Below are positions 62,001 to 64,000 of a DNA stretch of 64,000 nt, piece after piece. This stretch comes from Mizuhopecten yessoensis (Eukaryota). The position numbers were made by a program, and so were the translations under genes. Numbering within the stretch: position 1 is the first letter of the stretch; every line of letters starts with the position of its first letter. The notes beneath the pieces were generated by a model. It ran no database searches. It was given only the letters and a program-made list of their open reading frames with translations, and was not told where the DNA came from. The stretch is from positions 2,971,208-3,035,207 of the forward strand of contig NW_018407390.1 of the NCBI RefSeq assembly GCF_002113885.1, read 5' to 3'.

Positions 62001-64000
62001 TTCTTATTCATTACAACGTCAGAACTCTGGAATAAATGTAGTCTGCGAAACAGGTTAAATTTCAGCGTCAATCACCGTTTACACAAATGTGTAACGCATT
62101 ATCGTTTTTGAAGTAAGAATATTCACTTCCCAACCAATTAACAATCTCCCTCCGAATACATTGCTGTTCCCTCCATTCACCTCTGAAAACGACACACACC
62201 ATTTCAAGATGCTTGTAAAACCTACTTGCATGAGATAAAATAATAAAATGTTTTTTTTTCCAATCTGTCAATAAATCCTATCATGTCAGATTATATTACT
62301 TTGATATACATATTTTTCTTTTTTATTTCGACATATTGTGAGTTTTTTTATACGTTTTTTAACGAAAATATTGGTTTCGCCACCTGGTAGGGTGTTTTAA
62401 ATCTAAAATCACAACTGCGGATAAGTTACATGCTGCAGTTATTTGGGTTGATGATATAGAAAATGGCTGTTGTCAATATCTATAGTAATAACGACATATT
62501 TGATATATCTATTGTTTACAGCTTCCTGAATATATCCCGGTTAACGAGTACATATCATTGTTCTTGTGGGAGTCCCCTGAAAATCGTACACAAAGATTAT
62601 CTGATATATTCATAAGGTCATTAAAACGAAAACACGCTTGGTCTGCATTTTTTTCAAAGCTGTGTTTCTCTCTGCGCATAAACATGTAGACTTATAGTGA
62701 ATATTTTACGATATGGATTGGCCCTACGGACACTCCTATAGAACAATGTGATGTTAATTTGGCGATAATGAACTTGAAGTCGAACTACATGTGCCTAATA
62801 TATAACAGAGGAACTATATCGCAAAGGGTCAGAACTTGACGTTTTTATAAACATGCGGATAAAAGGATTAAGAAAAATAATGATCAAATAGATTAATAAA
62901 AACTTCGTTCTGTTCTATCAGATTATTTGTGCTGTAAACCATGTGTCAAAGCCCTATCTGATGTTTTACAAGCACGATATGAAATTATGTACACAGGATG
63001 AAGTGTATTTAATGAAAACAATCCGTAAATAGACGTGCAATCATTTATTGCGAAAATTACTTGGCAGTAGGGTTAACCATGTGTAGATACATGTTTATAT
63101 AGTAACGATACATACTCTTATCGATAACAATAGAATACTTCAGGAGTAACAATTTTGCATGCTAAACTGATTTTGATATAAATATGTGTATCTTGTTTTA
63201 CTAAGTCTGTCATAACTATTTTAGAGGGAATTTTGGCAGTATTAAATGAATGATGGTTTTATGACATCGAGCTATCCCTTTTGGATATACGGGCTGCATT
63301 CATATTTTAGATTTATTTTTGTGTTTTCTGCTTAGAGTACAGTGAAGATATCAAACTTGATCTGTTGTCCGAAATGCAAAGTTGGAGTCTTGATAATTAC
63401 TTCCTTTCCTTTTTTAACAGTTGTTTCTTCTTTTTTTCACGTCCACAACATTTCTCGGCAAATTATTCGTTTATCTTTTCCTACTTTTTGGCCGCTCTCT
63501 ATGACCTAAATTGTTGACGGGACACGAGCAATAGTATAAGGGATGTAAAAATATATCAGAACAATATGGATTAAAAACAGTTGTATTTGACACGGAGAAG
63601 CAAATAATAATACAGTTTTTAATTAGTTTCTTATATTTAAATTGGCATCATACCAAGTTAATGAAGTTGAAAGAACATGTCATTTTAATGATAGAATACT
63701 TGTAACACATCTTCATCTCGTAACGAACCGTTATTCCACTCTCTTGAATTTTTATCACAGATCCTATGTGGACGTCTTAATCAATGTCTCCATGCCAAAC
63801 ATCTATTAACTTCGGACAGCTGCCTCGGACTAGAGATCCAGCTATAACCACAAAGTTTAAATTTAGAAAATCACCATCAAATATTCAACAGATTTGTTTA
63901 GAAAACAAAACGATCAATCAATCAATGGACAAGAAATCATTTACTTCAGATCTACACCGGAAATAATTGTCGCCGCGATCGTACAGAGCACGCATTGGAT

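Overview
AT-rich, repeat-rich animal genomic DNA. The repeat types (CORE, V and Meta-type SINEs, Helentron-associated elements, CR1 LINEs, Kolobok/Harbinger/hAT MITEs) suggest a bivalve mollusc; this is inference. The left 16.5 kb holds a minus-strand, cytosolic-type threonyl-tRNA synthetase gene (TARS1-like). I reconstructed 19 phase-consistent coding exons (1,999 nt, 666 codons); the final exon(s) lie beyond position 1. The main result is its 5' end, which offers three phase-0-compatible N-termini. Exon 1a (cytosolic-type) can only be spliced through a weak GC donor. Exon 1m, starting 27 nt after the 1a read-through stop, encodes a typical mitochondrial presequence ([24 protein letters not shown]). 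Exon 1b is acidic and lies downstream of a perfect ATF4/CARE element. Two consecutive exon/intron junctions have been tandemly duplicated, one into a ~40-copy minisatellite of 5' splice sites. A tRNA-Thr(CGT)-like SINE sits sense in intron 12. The right ~47 kb has no recognisable host protein gene. It contains minisatellites, MITEs, a CR1 LINE and a SINE each flanked by ~80-bp duplications, a ~620-bp element carrying a minimal hammerhead ribozyme, and enhancer/promoter-like islands. All calls were made by eye and no database searches were run.
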